Shown: piece after piece, positions 37,862 to 47,693 of the stretch
Layout of the letters: each line of letters begins with the position of its first letter
Position numbering within the stretch: the first letter of the stretch is position 1
Assembly (NCBI GenBank): GCA_963707025.1
Contig: CAVPOM010000009.1
Coordinates: 320,085 to 384,084 of the forward strand
Direction of reading: 5' to 3'
Length of the DNA stretch: 64,000 nucleotides
Source: an uncultured Verrucomicrobiae bacterium
Lineage (GTDB): Bacteria; Verrucomicrobiota; Verrucomicrobiia; Limisphaerales; Palsa-1400
Made by a program: the position numbers and the translations under genes
The notes under the pieces: generated by a model
What the model was told of the DNA's origin: nothing
The model's database searches: none
The model's input: the letters and a program-made list of their open reading frames with translations, nothing else

Positions 37862-38569
37862 AATATAATCTCCTGTTGATTAGACGTTCTTTGGAATGGG
37901 GCCGTTCAAAATTCAAATGGTTTCAATCACAAGTTACACGACATCAACGGGTTACGATTTAATCAGTGGTTCTTCGCTGTTTTCGGTGGAATTGGCCTTT
38001 CGTAGCCCGGGTTTCCTAACCTGGCTTAAGGTTCAGAACCTGTGCCGTGTACCCTGTTCAGACCCGGCCTCTGGCCGAGGCAGCCAACAGAAGCCCTCGA
38101 TAAAGCGGTCATAAAGGGGTTAATGGTATTGTCATATTTTATCAAAGGAGTCAGACCATGGTTTTGTCCAATAAAATGCGTAATAGCCTGTAAATCATTT
38201 GGTTATAGATGGGTCTATACAGGCCTAATATGCCCTCTCGCCATGACGCCCGCGCGATGCGACCGCCCTGAGAAACCGCGCCCCAGTGCCCTTGCGCCAC
38301 CCTTCTTGCCATTTATCATTTATCATTTTGCCTTTCCCGCCACCCCCCCTCCCCTCCGCGCATTCCTTCATTCATGATTTATCCTTTATCATTTATAATT
38401 TCCCATTCCCCTGCCCGCGATGGTGGGCGACGGCATGGAGGTGAGGCGAGGGCTGAACTGGCGGCCGTGCAGCACGAGCGCCGCATGGCCGTCCTCATGG
38501 AAACGGCAGCGCTGCAAGGGGTTACCGGTAGTATTGCACAAAGCATGGGCGTTTTAACACCTCCGAAGA

Positions 38570-38717
38570 TGTAACGGCATGTAACGGGGGTGTAACGGCT
38601 CTAAAATGCGTAAGTGCTTGTGGTGCAACAGGTGTAACGATGTAACGGCTGTAACGGAGCAATGCTCCCCTTCCGCTTGACTTCACCGTCATACCCAATG
38701 TGTGTAACGATGTAACG
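38570..38717. repeat. Array of eight TGTAACG heptamers, including a ~38-nt direct repeat
   Basis: TGTAACG occurs at 38570, 38580, 38591, 38633, 38641, 38650, 38703 and 38711. The segment GTGTAACGATGTAACGGCTGT..C.GAGCAATG.TC occurs at 38632-38668 and again at 38702-38738, 70 nt apart. Confidence 0.7.
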
Positions 38718-38852
38718 GCTGTTTCCGAGCAATGGTCGCGAGCGGACCCTGCGCTACTTCCAACGGTTGTCCTGGCGAAACAAATCCACTGAAAACAGCG
38801 AAGAACCTAATCAGGGGTCGCCCATCACTCCATCACTCCCATCAAGGTCAGA

Positions 38853-39587
38853 TCAGCCCGGCTGCTTCTTGGGCGAACGGCGGAAGCCGCACTTGATCCA
38901 GAGGCTCCAGACCATGATCAAGGCTTCCCAGACGATGTTGCCGGACATCTTGGAGCAGCCTTGCAGCCGCTCAGTAAAGATGATCGGCACTTCGGCCACC
39001 CGCATCCCGCTCATCCAGATGCGATGGGTCATCTCGATTTGAAAGCTGTAGCCGTTGGACTTGATGGCGTCCAGTTGGATGGATTGCAAGGCGCTTCGGC
39101 GAAAACACTTGAATCCGCCGGTCGGGTCGCTGAAAGGCATGCCCGTGATCAGACGCACGTATTGGGCCGCACTGGTGCTGAGGAGCAACCGCCGCAAGGG
39201 CCAGTTGATCACGCGGATGCCGCCGCAATAGCGGGAACCCAGCACCAGGTCCGCCTGTTGCGCCGCCTTCAGGAATCTGGGAGTGTCATCCGGGTTATGG
39301 GAAAGATCGCTGTCCATCTCCATGATGAACTCATACTCCCGCTCCAGCGCCCAGGCGAAGCCGGCCAGATAGGCGCGCCCCAACCCTTTCTTCTCCTTCT
39401 CATGCAGCACATGGATGGCCGGGTGCATGGCGGCCAGATCATCGGCGATTTTGCCTGTGCCATCGGGGGAATTGCCCTCCAGAATCAGCATGTCCACCGG
39501 CACGGCCAATTTCAGCAGACGATCGGCCAGGTGGGGAAGGTTTTCCCGCTCGTTGTACGTCGGAACAATGACCAGCGTTTTGCTCAT
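38853..39587 (-). CDS. GT2 polyprenol-phosphate mannose synthase (Dpm1/Ppm1-like)
   Basis: LVIVPTYNERENL...EGNSPDGTG...EMDSDLSHNP...GSRY. Only the 3' 244 codons of the 633-aa tracked ORF are supported. Confidence 0.85.
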   Translation of the reverse strand: MSKTLVIVPTYNERENLPHLADRLLKLAVPVDMLILEGNSPDGTGKIADDLAAMHPAIHVLHEKEKKGLGRAYLAGFAWALEREYEFIMEMDSDLSHNPDDTPRFLKAAQQADLVLGSRYCGGIRVINWPLRRLLLSTSAAQYVRLITGMPFSDPTGGFKCFRRSALQSIQLDAIKSNGYSFQIEMTHRIWMSGMRVAEVPIIFTERLQGCSKMSGNIVWEALIMVWSLWIKCGFRRSPKKQPG

Positions 39588-39773
39588 TTGTATGTCAAAC
39601 AGCCCAGACCCGCCAAAGGCCGCATGCCTTGCACCCTTTAAAGAAGCTAATGTCCGGGAAAAACTCAAGCCGTAAATCGCCAGAATGACAAAGTTCTTCC
39701 GCAATTGTGCGTGGCAAAAAGCACGGAACGCGATAAAGTCGGCCTGGGTTTGCAATGAAACCCAGGAAAACCT

Positions 39774-40559
39774 TTGAATCTTGTACACTATTGGTACCAG
39801 GCCCTGCATAGTCCGTGGTCCCTGCTGCCCGTCGCCTTGCACGTCTGGCTGCTGATTGACGCCATTCGGCGGGAGGAATGGCTGTGGGCGGCTTTTATGC
39901 TTTTTTTTCCCGGCCTGGCCGACGTGGTTTATTTTTTTTATGTGATGCGCGCCGCCCCTTCGGCGACGATGGGCTTCGAACTGCCGGGGGCGCACAGCCG
40001 CCGCCGCATCAAGGAGTTGCAGGCGCAGATCCACAACCTGGACAAGCCGCATCACTATCTGGAGTTGGGCGACATTTATTTCCAGAAGGGCAATTTGAAA
40101 CAGGCCCAAGAGTGCTATCGCGCCTCCCTGGAACGCGATCCGCAGGACATTGACGCGCGCGCCCACATGGGCCAGTGCCTGCTGCGCGCCCAGAATGCGG
40201 CGGCGGCCCGCCCGCTCCTGGAACAGGTTTGCCGCGAAAAACCGATGCATGACTACGGGCATTCCTTGATGGCTTACGCAGAAACGCTGGCCGCTTTGGG
40301 TGAGACGGATGCGGCCATTGCCGTCTGGCAGCGAGTCCTGGAAAGCCACAACTACGCCCGCGCCCGGGTGCAATTGGCGGAATTGTATCTGGCCAAAAAC
40401 CAGCGGGACCTGGCCCAGGCCGGTTTGCGCGAGGCCATCAGCGATGACGCGCACGCCCCGAATTTCCAACGCAAACGCGACCGGGTGTGGATGCGCAAGG
40501 CCCGGCGGTTGTTGCGGGCCGCCTCGCTCTCGGCGGTTAAAAATCACCTGCGGTATTGA
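39774..40559 (+). CDS. Membrane-anchored TPR repeat protein with a PLDc_N-like N-terminus
   Basis: N-terminal WLLIDAIRREEWLWAAFMLFFPGLADVVYFFY, followed by TPR units (LELGDIYFQKGNLKQAQECYRASLERDPQD...). A TTG start is taken from the ORF track. Confidence 0.7.
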   Translation: MNLVHYWYQALHSPWSLLPVALHVWLLIDAIRREEWLWAAFMLFFPGLADVVYFFYVMRAAPSATMGFELPGAHSRRRIKELQAQIHNLDKPHHYLELGDIYFQKGNLKQAQECYRASLERDPQDIDARAHMGQCLLRAQNAAAARPLLEQVCREKPMHDYGHSLMAYAETLAALGETDAAIAVWQRVLESHNYARARVQLAELYLAKNQRDLAQAGLREAISDDAHAPNFQRKRDRVWMRKARRLLRAASLSAVKNHLRY

Positions 40560-40875
40560 GGATAACCTGGCGGGGGGTTTGGTGGAGGCAGCACTGCCCA
40601 CAAAACGAACAGTCAGAGGGCAGCTTTGGACAGGCGACGCATCCTGCCGGGAGCTTTTTGCCGCCCGGAGCAGGCCACCGATGCGGGAAGGCCGCGGCGG
40701 AATCCTGGTTTTGACTGCTTGAAAGGGCTGGCATCGCTTTTGCTGTGCAGTCATGTCGTCGTGTCAAAACAACGACGGGCTGGCAGCATTGGAAAAACCG
40801 GGCAACGTATTGATATCATATTAACCCGCTGCTGGCTGTCATGAACGAAGTGACAAGAGAAAGCTCAGTCAAACT

Positions 40876-41253
40876 ATGAAAATGAAAACTCAGAAACAGA
40901 GTGGGTTCACCTTGGTGGAAATCATGATCGTCGTCGCCATCATCGGCCTCCTGGCCGCCATCGCGATTCCCAACTTCGTGCGCGCCCGCACCACCTCGCA
41001 GACCAATGCCTGCATCAGCAATCTCCGTATCATTGACGGAGCCAAGGGCCAGTGGGCCTTGGAAGTCCACAAGCAGACCACCGACACGCCCGGCGACACC
41101 GACCTCCAGCCTTACATGGGCCGGGGATCCGCCGGCGAACTGCCCGTTTGCCCGAATGATACGGCGCAGACCTTCGACACCAGCTACAGCCCCAACGCTG
41201 TTGGCACCAAGCCGATCTGCAACATCGTCCCGGCTACGCACAGTTTGCCGTAG
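40876..41253 (+). CDS. Prepilin-type N-terminal cleavage/methylation domain protein (pseudopilin-like)
   Basis: GFTLVEIMIVVAIIGLLAAIAIPNF is the class III signal peptide motif. Confidence 0.85.
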   Translation: MKMKTQKQSGFTLVEIMIVVAIIGLLAAIAIPNFVRARTTSQTNACISNLRIIDGAKGQWALEVHKQTTDTPGDTDLQPYMGRGSAGELPVCPNDTAQTFDTSYSPNAVGTKPICNIVPATHSLP

Positions 41254-41293
41254 TTCCAAGCCTTTTTCTGGATCGCTAAGATCTAAACACACC

Positions 41294-41327
41294 AAAAAAG
41301 CCCGGAAGAAATTCCGGGGTTTTTTTA
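41294..41327. terminator. Bidirectional intrinsic terminator
   Basis: The sequence AAAAAAG-CCCGGAA-gaaa-TTCCGGG-GTTTTTTT lies between the convergent prepilin and kinase genes. Confidence 0.75.
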
Positions 41328-43784
41328 TTCACCGGTCACGGGCGGCGGAGGGGGGGCCTCGACCGGCTGCTCCACTTGCGGCAGGTAAACCTTGAAGGTC
41401 GTGCCTTGTCCCGGCCCGCTCCGGACGCTGATATTGCCGCCGCATTGTTTGATGATGCCGTGGCAGGCGGCCAGCCCCAACCCCGTCCCTTGCCCCGCCC
41501 CCTTGGCGGAAAGGAACGGCTCAAACAGCCGCGCTTTCGCCTCTTCGCTCATGCCCGTGCCGGTATCGGTGAGCGCCAGCATGACATAGCCGCCCGGTTT
41601 CAACTCGGGGAAATCGTCCCCGCCCGGCTGGTCCAAGCTCAGGTTGGCCGTTTCCAGCGTCAGTTTCCCGCCGCCGGGCATGGCTTGGCGGGCGTTGATG
41701 GCCAAGCTGAGGATCACTTGTTCGATCTGCTCCGCGTCCGCCTGCACCGCCCGCAGGCCTTCCGCCGCGATGACGCGCACCTCCACTGCCGCGCCCATGA
41801 CGAGGCGGAAGGACTCGGTCATGCCGGCGATGACCTGGTTGAGGTCGAGCGGTTCCATCCGCGGGGATTGCTTGCGCCCGCAGGCCTGCAATTGCCCGGT
41901 AAGCACCGCGGCCCGTTCGGCGGCGCGAATGATGTCCTTGACTTCGTTGCGCAACGGACTGGCCGCCGGCAGCTCGCTGAGCAGGAATTCACCCTGGCCC
42001 AGAATGACGGTGAGGATGCCGTTGAACTCGTGGGCCACCCCGGCCGCCAGCTTGCCGGCGATTTCCAGCTTTTGGGATTGCAGCCCATGATCCTCCAGCC
42101 GTTTGCGCCCGGTGATGTCGTGGAACGTCCAGATTCTCCCGTAGTATTTTCCGTCCTTGCCGATGACCGGCGCCGAGTACCCGTCCAGCACCGCCCCGTT
42201 GTTGAGTTCGATCTCATCCTTGCTGATTTGGTCCGGGTGGGAATAAAGAGAGGCGATTTTTTCCGCAAAGGACGCGGGGTTTTTGACCCGGCTCGCGATC
42301 CACTGCATCTGCTTCTGGTGGTCCGGGTCGTCGGCCACGGGCTGGGGAATTTCCCACAGTTCGTTCAGCCGCTGGTTTTGCAGGATCTTCCTTCCCTCCT
42401 TGTCCACCACCAGGATGCCGTCGCTGGAGCAATTGACTTGGGCCTCGAGGAAGGCGGTTTTCCACTGCAACTCCTCTTCCCCCCGCTTGCGCTTGGTGAT
42501 GTCTTGAATCTGCGAGATGAAATAGAGCGGGCGGCCCCCGGCGTCGCGCACCAGGGAAACACTCAACAAAACCCTGACCAGGTGGCCGCGCATGTGGAAA
42601 TACCGTTTCTCCGCCTGAAAGGAAGCGATTTCCCCCGCCATCAGCTTGCGCACGTTTTCCTGGTCGGTTTCCAGGTCATCCGGATGGGTGATGTCCTGGA
42701 AGGTGCGCATGCGCAACCCGGCTTCCGAGTACCCCACCAATTCGCACAGCGCCCGGTTGACTTTGAGCCACCTGCCGTCCAGTCCTACCAGGGCCATGCC
42801 GATGGCCGCCGACTCGAACGCGCTGGAGAAGCGTTCCTCGCTGGCCCGCAAGGACTCCTCCACTCGGCGCCGTTGGGTGATGTCTTCGTGAATGGCAAAA
42901 AAATGAGGCTGGCCGTCCGCCTCGACAACACCAGCCCGCGTTCGCGCCAGAAAGGTGGTGCCGTCCTTGCGGCGCCGGCGGACTTCTTCCAGCCATTTGG
43001 AACCGCCTTGGGTTGAAGCCAGCATCTCTGCCACGGCCTGGCGGGCCTCCTCCTCATCGGCCTGGCACAGCATCGAAACAGGCCGCCCGATCAACTCCCC
43101 GCGCTCGTAACCAAACATCTGGTCCGTCGCCGGATTGGTCGTGACGATCCGCCATTGCCCGTCCATCACGATCACGCTCGCCGTCATCTTCTCGATGACG
43201 CGGGCCTGCAATTGCAATTTTTCCTCCGTTTGCTTGCGCGCGGTCATGTCGCGCGTCACCTTGGCAAAGCCGCGCAACACTCCCTTTTCATCGCGCAACG
43301 CCGTGATGACCACGCTGGCCCAAAAGGGCGCGCCCCCCTGGCCCACCCGCCAGCCCTCCTCGACAAAGCGCCCTTCCGCCGCCGCCACCTGCAATGCCAT
43401 CGCCGGCTGGCCCCTCTCCACCTCGGCCGGGGGGTAAAAGCAGGAGAAATGCCGCCCGATCATCTCGCTCTCGGCATAGCCGTGGATTTGTTCGGCCCCG
43501 TCATTCCAACTGACGATGCAGCCGCCGGTGTCGAGCATGAGGATGGCATAATCCTTGACGCTGCCGATCATCATCTGGAAGCGCTCCAGGTCGGCCCGCA
43601 AGGCTTCTTCCACCCGGCTGCGACAGGCGATTTCCCGGCGCAATTCTTCATTGGCTTTGGCCAGGACGGCGGCGCGCTCCTCCCCGCCCTTGCGCAGTTC
43701 CTCAAGGGCGGCCTTCAATTCGCTGACCTCCTGCGCCAACGCCAAATCCCCCCGCTTGGCCCGCTTGTTTTTGGTTTGGTCCAT
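41325..43784 (-). CDS. Multi-PAS sensor histidine kinase
   Basis: Several PAS units, the H-box AAGVAHEFNGIL, and HATPase N/G boxes (LSLAINARQAM, DTGTGM, GQGTGLGLA). Confidence 0.85.
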   Translation of the reverse strand: MDQTKNKRAKRGDLALAQEVSELKAALEELRKGGEERAAVLAKANEELRREIACRSRVEEALRADLERFQMMIGSVKDYAILMLDTGGCIVSWNDGAEQIHGYAESEMIGRHFSCFYPPAEVERGQPAMALQVAAAEGRFVEEGWRVGQGGAPFWASVVITALRDEKGVLRGFAKVTRDMTARKQTEEKLQLQARVIEKMTASVIVMDGQWRIVTTNPATDQMFGYERGELIGRPVSMLCQADEEEARQAVAEMLASTQGGSKWLEEVRRRRKDGTTFLARTRAGVVEADGQPHFFAIHEDITQRRRVEESLRASEERFSSAFESAAIGMALVGLDGRWLKVNRALCELVGYSEAGLRMRTFQDITHPDDLETDQENVRKLMAGEIASFQAEKRYFHMRGHLVRVLLSVSLVRDAGGRPLYFISQIQDITKRKRGEEELQWKTAFLEAQVNCSSDGILVVDKEGRKILQNQRLNELWEIPQPVADDPDHQKQMQWIASRVKNPASFAEKIASLYSHPDQISKDEIELNNGAVLDGYSAPVIGKDGKYYGRIWTFHDITGRKRLEDHGLQSQKLEIAGKLAAGVAHEFNGILTVILGQGEFLLSELPAASPLRNEVKDIIRAAERAAVLTGQLQACGRKQSPRMEPLDLNQVIAGMTESFRLVMGAAVEVRVIAAEGLRAVQADAEQIEQVILSLAINARQAMPGGGKLTLETANLSLDQPGGDDFPELKPGGYVMLALTDTGTGMSEEAKARLFEPFLSAKGAGQGTGLGLAACHGIIKQCGGNISVRSGPGQGTTFKVYLPQVEQPVEAPPPPPVTGE

Positions 43785-43908
43785 GAGTAAGCCTAACTTG
43801 CTTCATCATCTGAATCAATTTTAACCTTGCGTGCTTGCGGGGCGCCGGTTTTAAGGGTTGACCGCGCCGGAAATGTTGCGAGACTGGCGGGGTCACACAT
43901 ACATTTCT

Positions 43909-45507
43909 ATGACCGACAATAATCCTGGCTCATCGCCCGCCGCCGTCAAAACCGGCCTGTTCCGCGGCGCCGAAGGACAAAACTACGCGGTGCCCTTCGT
44001 CTTGGTCACTTCATTGTTTCTCCTCTGGGGCCTCTGCAACGGGTTGATTGACACCATGGACAAACACTTTCAGGACCACCTTCATTTGACCAAGGCCCAG
44101 TCAGCCTGGGTCCAGTTTGCCCACTACATGGGCTATACTTTAATGGCGCTTCCCGCAGGCATGCTCACGCGCCGGTTCGGATACAAAACCGGCATCATTT
44201 TCGGTCTTTTGCTTGTTGCCGCAGGCGGATTCTGGTTCATGCCGGCGACACACATCGAGGCGTTCTGGGCTTTTCTACTAGGCGTCTGTTTGATTGCAAT
44301 GGGGTTGACCGTGCTTGAGACGGTGGCCAACCCTTACACCACGTTGCTGGGCTCCAAGGAGCGCGGCCCCACCCGCATCAATCTGGCCCAATCCTTCAAC
44401 GGCGTTGGCTGGATTCTCGGCCCGATTGTGGGCGGCACCTACTTTTACTCAGCAGGCGGGGTTGAGGTGGCCCATGGCCGGCTTTATATCCCCTATGTCG
44501 GGATAGCGATCATTGTGCTCATTCTGGCGGTGATCTTTTATTTCGCCAATATGCCGGAGGTTAGGTCTGAAGACGCCTATCACACCGACGACCAACAGCC
44601 CGTCCCCGAATCCGCCGGGCAAGCCGACAAAAAATACAACCGATTGCTCATTTTCCTCCTGATGGTCCTCAATGTTTGCGTGCTGGGCTTTGCCACCTAC
44701 ATGATCTTGAATTTAATTCTGCCCGCCTGCAACGTCACCCCGGCAACGACCGCGTGGCTTGTGCCCCGTATCGTCGGCCTTCCCCTCCTCCTGGCCATCC
44801 TGCTGCTGATACCCTTGACAAACAGGCTCTCCTTCCACAGCATTTGGGCCCACCCTCACTTCTCCTCGGCGACGTTCGCCCAGTTTTGCTATATCGCCGC
44901 TCAAGCGGGCATTTTCAGCTTCTTCATCAACTACGTCATCTCCGAGATGCCCGCGGTCTCCAAGGCGACTGTGGACGGCTGGCTGATCAGCGGCAATGCG
45001 GTGGTGCGGGACGGTGCTTACTTCGTGAACGAGAAGGGAGCAACGCGGCTGCTGGGGTATGTGGGCTTCGTCCTGTTCTGTCTTGGCCGTTTTGTCGGCG
45101 CCGCCGTTATCAACAAGGCGCCGGCGCACCGGGTGCTTGGCTGCTACGCCCTCCTCAATGTTATCCTCTGCGGGATTGTCGTTCTCAAGCTTGGCTGGAT
45201 TTCTGTGATCGCGGTTTTCCTGACCTTCTTTTTCATGTCCGTCATGTTCCCAACCATTTTCGCCCTCGGCATTCACGGCTTGGGATCTCAATCCAAGAAG
45301 AAGGCCTCAGCCTTCATCGTCATGTCCATTACCGGCGGCGCGCTCATGCCCAAAGTCATGGGCCACCTCGGCGATATTTACAATATGTCCGTCAGCTTCT
45401 GGATGCCCTTTGGCTGCTTCGCTTTCGTCGCCCTCTACGGTTTTGCCTGGCCCAAACTCTCCAAGTCCGAAGGCGCGCTCAACCTCTCCCTTGCCAAGGG
45501 GCATTGA
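43909..45507 (+). CDS. fucP: L-fucose:H+ symporter family MFS permease
   Basis: SLFLLWGLCNGLIDTMDKHFQ, PAGMLTRRFGYKTGII, LETVANPY and INLAQSFNG align with E. coli FucP blocks. Confidence 0.8.
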   Translation: MTDNNPGSSPAAVKTGLFRGAEGQNYAVPFVLVTSLFLLWGLCNGLIDTMDKHFQDHLHLTKAQSAWVQFAHYMGYTLMALPAGMLTRRFGYKTGIIFGLLLVAAGGFWFMPATHIEAFWAFLLGVCLIAMGLTVLETVANPYTTLLGSKERGPTRINLAQSFNGVGWILGPIVGGTYFYSAGGVEVAHGRLYIPYVGIAIIVLILAVIFYFANMPEVRSEDAYHTDDQQPVPESAGQADKKYNRLLIFLLMVLNVCVLGFATYMILNLILPACNVTPATTAWLVPRIVGLPLLLAILLLIPLTNRLSFHSIWAHPHFSSATFAQFCYIAAQAGIFSFFINYVISEMPAVSKATVDGWLISGNAVVRDGAYFVNEKGATRLLGYVGFVLFCLGRFVGAAVINKAPAHRVLGCYALLNVILCGIVVLKLGWISVIAVFLTFFFMSVMFPTIFALGIHGLGSQSKKKASAFIVMSITGGALMPKVMGHLGDIYNMSVSFWMPFGCFAFVALYGFAWPKLSKSEGALNLSLAKGH

Positions 45508-45531
45508 TGGCCCCAATCCCATTCGCGTTGC

Positions 45532-45921
45532 TCAGGCCGATTCCAAAATAATGTTCGCATACTGAATCGTGTCCCCGGTGCGGATCAGGCCAATCGCCGC
45601 CGGAACGCGCTTTTTGAACCGGAGGTGCGGTTCGTGTCCCACCGGAATGCCGCGCAAGGCCTCGGCAAAGGCGGCCCGCACCGCCTTGTCGTTATGCTTG
45701 ACAAATTCCCGCGCCATCCAGGCCCGCCCCGCCTTGAAATTGCCGCGCACGGCCGCCAGCACCTGCAGGACGGAGGGGATGCCGTCCACCAGCGAGAGGT
45801 CCACCGTTTCAAGCTGCGGCCAAAAGGGAAAACCGCGGTCGGCAATCACCAGCGTGTTGGTGTGGCGCACCCGGCTCAACAGATCGTTGAGGCGGGGATT
45901 GAGGATTCCAGTCTTCAGCAT
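45532..45921 (-). CDS. RbsD/FucU family sugar mutarotase (pyranase)
   Basis: MLKTGILNP...RHTNTLVIADRGFP...GIPSVLQVL...IRTGDTIQYANIIL parallels E. coli RbsD. Confidence 0.8.
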   Translation of the reverse strand: MLKTGILNPRLNDLLSRVRHTNTLVIADRGFPFWPQLETVDLSLVDGIPSVLQVLAAVRGNFKAGRAWMAREFVKHNDKAVRAAFAEALRGIPVGHEPHLRFKKRVPAAIGLIRTGDTIQYANIILESA

Positions 45922-45987
45922 AAGGCCCACCAGCATGGCGGATTTCGCGCGAACGGTCAACTCACGGGCACATTTTTTGGGTTCCCT

Positions 45988-46064
45988 TCTTAATCTTAAT
46001 CCTAATCTTAATCTTAATCTTCAAACGCAGGAGCGGGGATTATGATTAAGATTAAGATTAAGAA
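45988..46064. repeat. Hexanucleotide (CTTAAT)n microsatellite forming a long inverted repeat
   Basis: CTTAATCTTAATCCTAATCTTAATCTTAATCTTC (45988-46021) faces GATTATGATTAAGATTAAGATTAAGAA (46038-46064). The element is about 67 nt upstream of the RbsD/FucU start. Confidence 0.8.
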
Positions 46065-46105
46065 ATCGGAATTGTCTGTCCGCCCTGCCTTTGTCCAGGC
46101 TGGCA

Positions 46106-46936
46106 TTAAAACCCCCGCAAATCCGTGCTCGACCGCCGGGGCAATCCGGGCGCGGGCAGGCGCAGGAACACAAGGTATTCGATGCCGTGTTCCCGGCAGT
46201 ATTCGCGCTTGCCGCCTCTGTCCCCGTCCTCGTTGACGGCATAAATATCCGGCTTGAGACGCTCGATTTCCGGCGCGGCGTCCAGCCATCCCTCTCCCGT
46301 CGAAATCAGGGCCTCGGTCACGAAACGGATGGATTGAACCGCATACCGCCGTTCCTCCTGTGGGAACAGCGGATGCCCCGCCCCCTTGAGCAGACGGATG
46401 TTCGCATCATGCCCCAGCACCACATAAAGGTCGCCATAGCTGCTGGCTTCCTCAAAAAAACGCACATGCCCGGAATGGAGCCAGTCATACGTGCCGGTCA
46501 CGACGACTTTCTTGCGCGCCGCGCCGGCCGGGGCCGGCGCTTTGGCCGCTGGCGGAAATCCGCGCAACTGCTGGCCGCCCAACTCCCGATAGGCCAGCCG
46601 GTGCTGCTCGCAAAAGGCCCGTTGCGCCGGGCCGGCCCGCGCCTCTTCCACCACCCAAAGATCGGGCGTGAATCCGGGCACGCCCGGCAGCGCATTGGCC
46701 GCGACCTCGCCCTTCACCGGCACCACCTGTTTCACGTAACGAAGCGCCTGCAAAAAATAGGCCCGCTCCGCCAGGGGAAATTTCAGGGGCTTCCAGTCCA
46801 GCGCGCGCACCGTGTCATCCGGCCAAAGGAGCACGGTCACTTCGCCCAGCCGCGCCGCCTCCTGCAAAAAGCGCAGCGTCCGCGAGCCTTGCTCATCAAA
46901 CGGGCCGGTCACGGCCACCTGCACCGGGGCGCTCAT
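46106..46936 (-). CDS. Tandem cytidylyltransferase-like (HxGH nucleotidyltransferase) protein
   Basis: VVVTGTYDWLHSGHVRFFEEA carries the HxGH motif in the second half. The first half has a degenerate copy (VAVTGPFDEQ). Confidence 0.7.
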   Translation of the reverse strand: MSAPVQVAVTGPFDEQGSRTLRFLQEAARLGEVTVLLWPDDTVRALDWKPLKFPLAERAYFLQALRYVKQVVPVKGEVAANALPGVPGFTPDLWVVEEARAGPAQRAFCEQHRLAYRELGGQQLRGFPPAAKAPAPAGAARKKVVVTGTYDWLHSGHVRFFEEASSYGDLYVVLGHDANIRLLKGAGHPLFPQEERRYAVQSIRFVTEALISTGEGWLDAAPEIERLKPDIYAVNEDGDRGGKREYCREHGIEYLVFLRLPAPGLPRRSSTDLRGF

Positions 46937-46937
46937 G

Positions 46938-47693
46938 TCAAACGCCTTCCGGTGGAAATAACGGCGAAGCCAGCAGGCCCCATTTCGCCAGCCGGAAGCG
47001 CAGCGCGGTGGCCAGGCAGCCAAAACCATAGGTCACGCTGCGCCGGAAATTGATGGAGGAAGCCTCCTCAAAATAGCGGGTCGGGCAACTGATCTCCCCA
47101 ATGGTGAACCCGGCCCAGACAATTTGCGCCAGCATTTGATTGTCAAATACAAAATCATCCGAATTGCCCGCCAGGGGCAGCCGTTCCAGGATCTGCCGCG
47201 AAAAGGCCCGGTAACCGGTGTGGTATTCGGACAGCTTGGCCCCCAGCAGCAGATTCTCCGCCGCCGTCAGAAACCGGTTGGCCGCGTACCTCCACCACGG
47301 CATCCCGCCGTGCCGCGCGTAGCCGCCCAGAATCCGGCTGCCCAGCACGCACGGATAAAGGCCGGCCGCAATCAGGGAAACCATCGCCGGAATGAGTTTG
47401 GGCGTGTACTGGCAATCCGGATGCACCATAATGATGATGTCCGCCCCCTCCGCCAGCGCCAGGCGGTAGCAGCTCTTTTGATTTCCCCCGTAACCCAGGT
47501 TCCGGGCGTGCGTGAACACGACGGTGTTGGGCAGGTTCTTCGCCACCGCCACCGTCTCATCCCGGCTGGCATCATCCACAATGATCACCCGGTCAACCAT
47601 CCCCTGCGCCATGACCTCGTTGTAGGTTTGGACGAGCGTTTTGGCCGCATTGTAAGCGGGCATGACCACGGCCACTTTTTTATCTCGAAACAT
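46938..47693 (-). CDS. Family 2 glycosyltransferase
   Basis: VAVVMPAYNAAKTL...IIVDDASRDET...NLGYGGNQK...MVHPD. Confidence 0.85.
   Translation of the reverse strand: MFRDKKVAVVMPAYNAAKTLVQTYNEVMAQGMVDRVIIVDDASRDETVAVAKNLPNTVVFTHARNLGYGGNQKSCYRLALAEGADIIIMVHPDCQYTPKLIPAMVSLIAAGLYPCVLGSRILGGYARHGGMPWWRYAANRFLTAAENLLLGAKLSEYHTGYRAFSRQILERLPLAGNSDDFVFDNQMLAQIVWAGFTIGEISCPTRYFEEASSINFRRSVTYGFGCLATALRFRLAKWGLLASPLFPPEGV

Noticed and set aside
38150-38195. An 11-codon ORF (MVLSNKMRNSL) with a strong AAAGGAG ribosome-binding site, as a leader peptide.
   Set aside because: There is no downstream plus-strand gene for it to regulate, so it is likely fortuitous.
38570-38738. Possible CRISPR array (short direct repeats).
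   Set aside because: The repeat unit is only 7 nt, or ~38 nt in just two copies. There are no regular 25-40 nt spacers and no cas genes in the window.
38853-40754. 633-aa minus-strand ORF.
   Set aside because: Only the 3' 244 codons (38853-39587) encode the GT2 mannosyltransferase. The upstream part is antisense to the well-supported plus-strand TPR gene (39774-40559) and has shadow-ORF composition.
46042-46236. 64-aa plus-strand ORF beginning MIKIKIKK with an upstream GGAG.
   Set aside because: Its start is generated by the hexamer repeat, and the rest is antisense to the cytidylyltransferase C-terminus.
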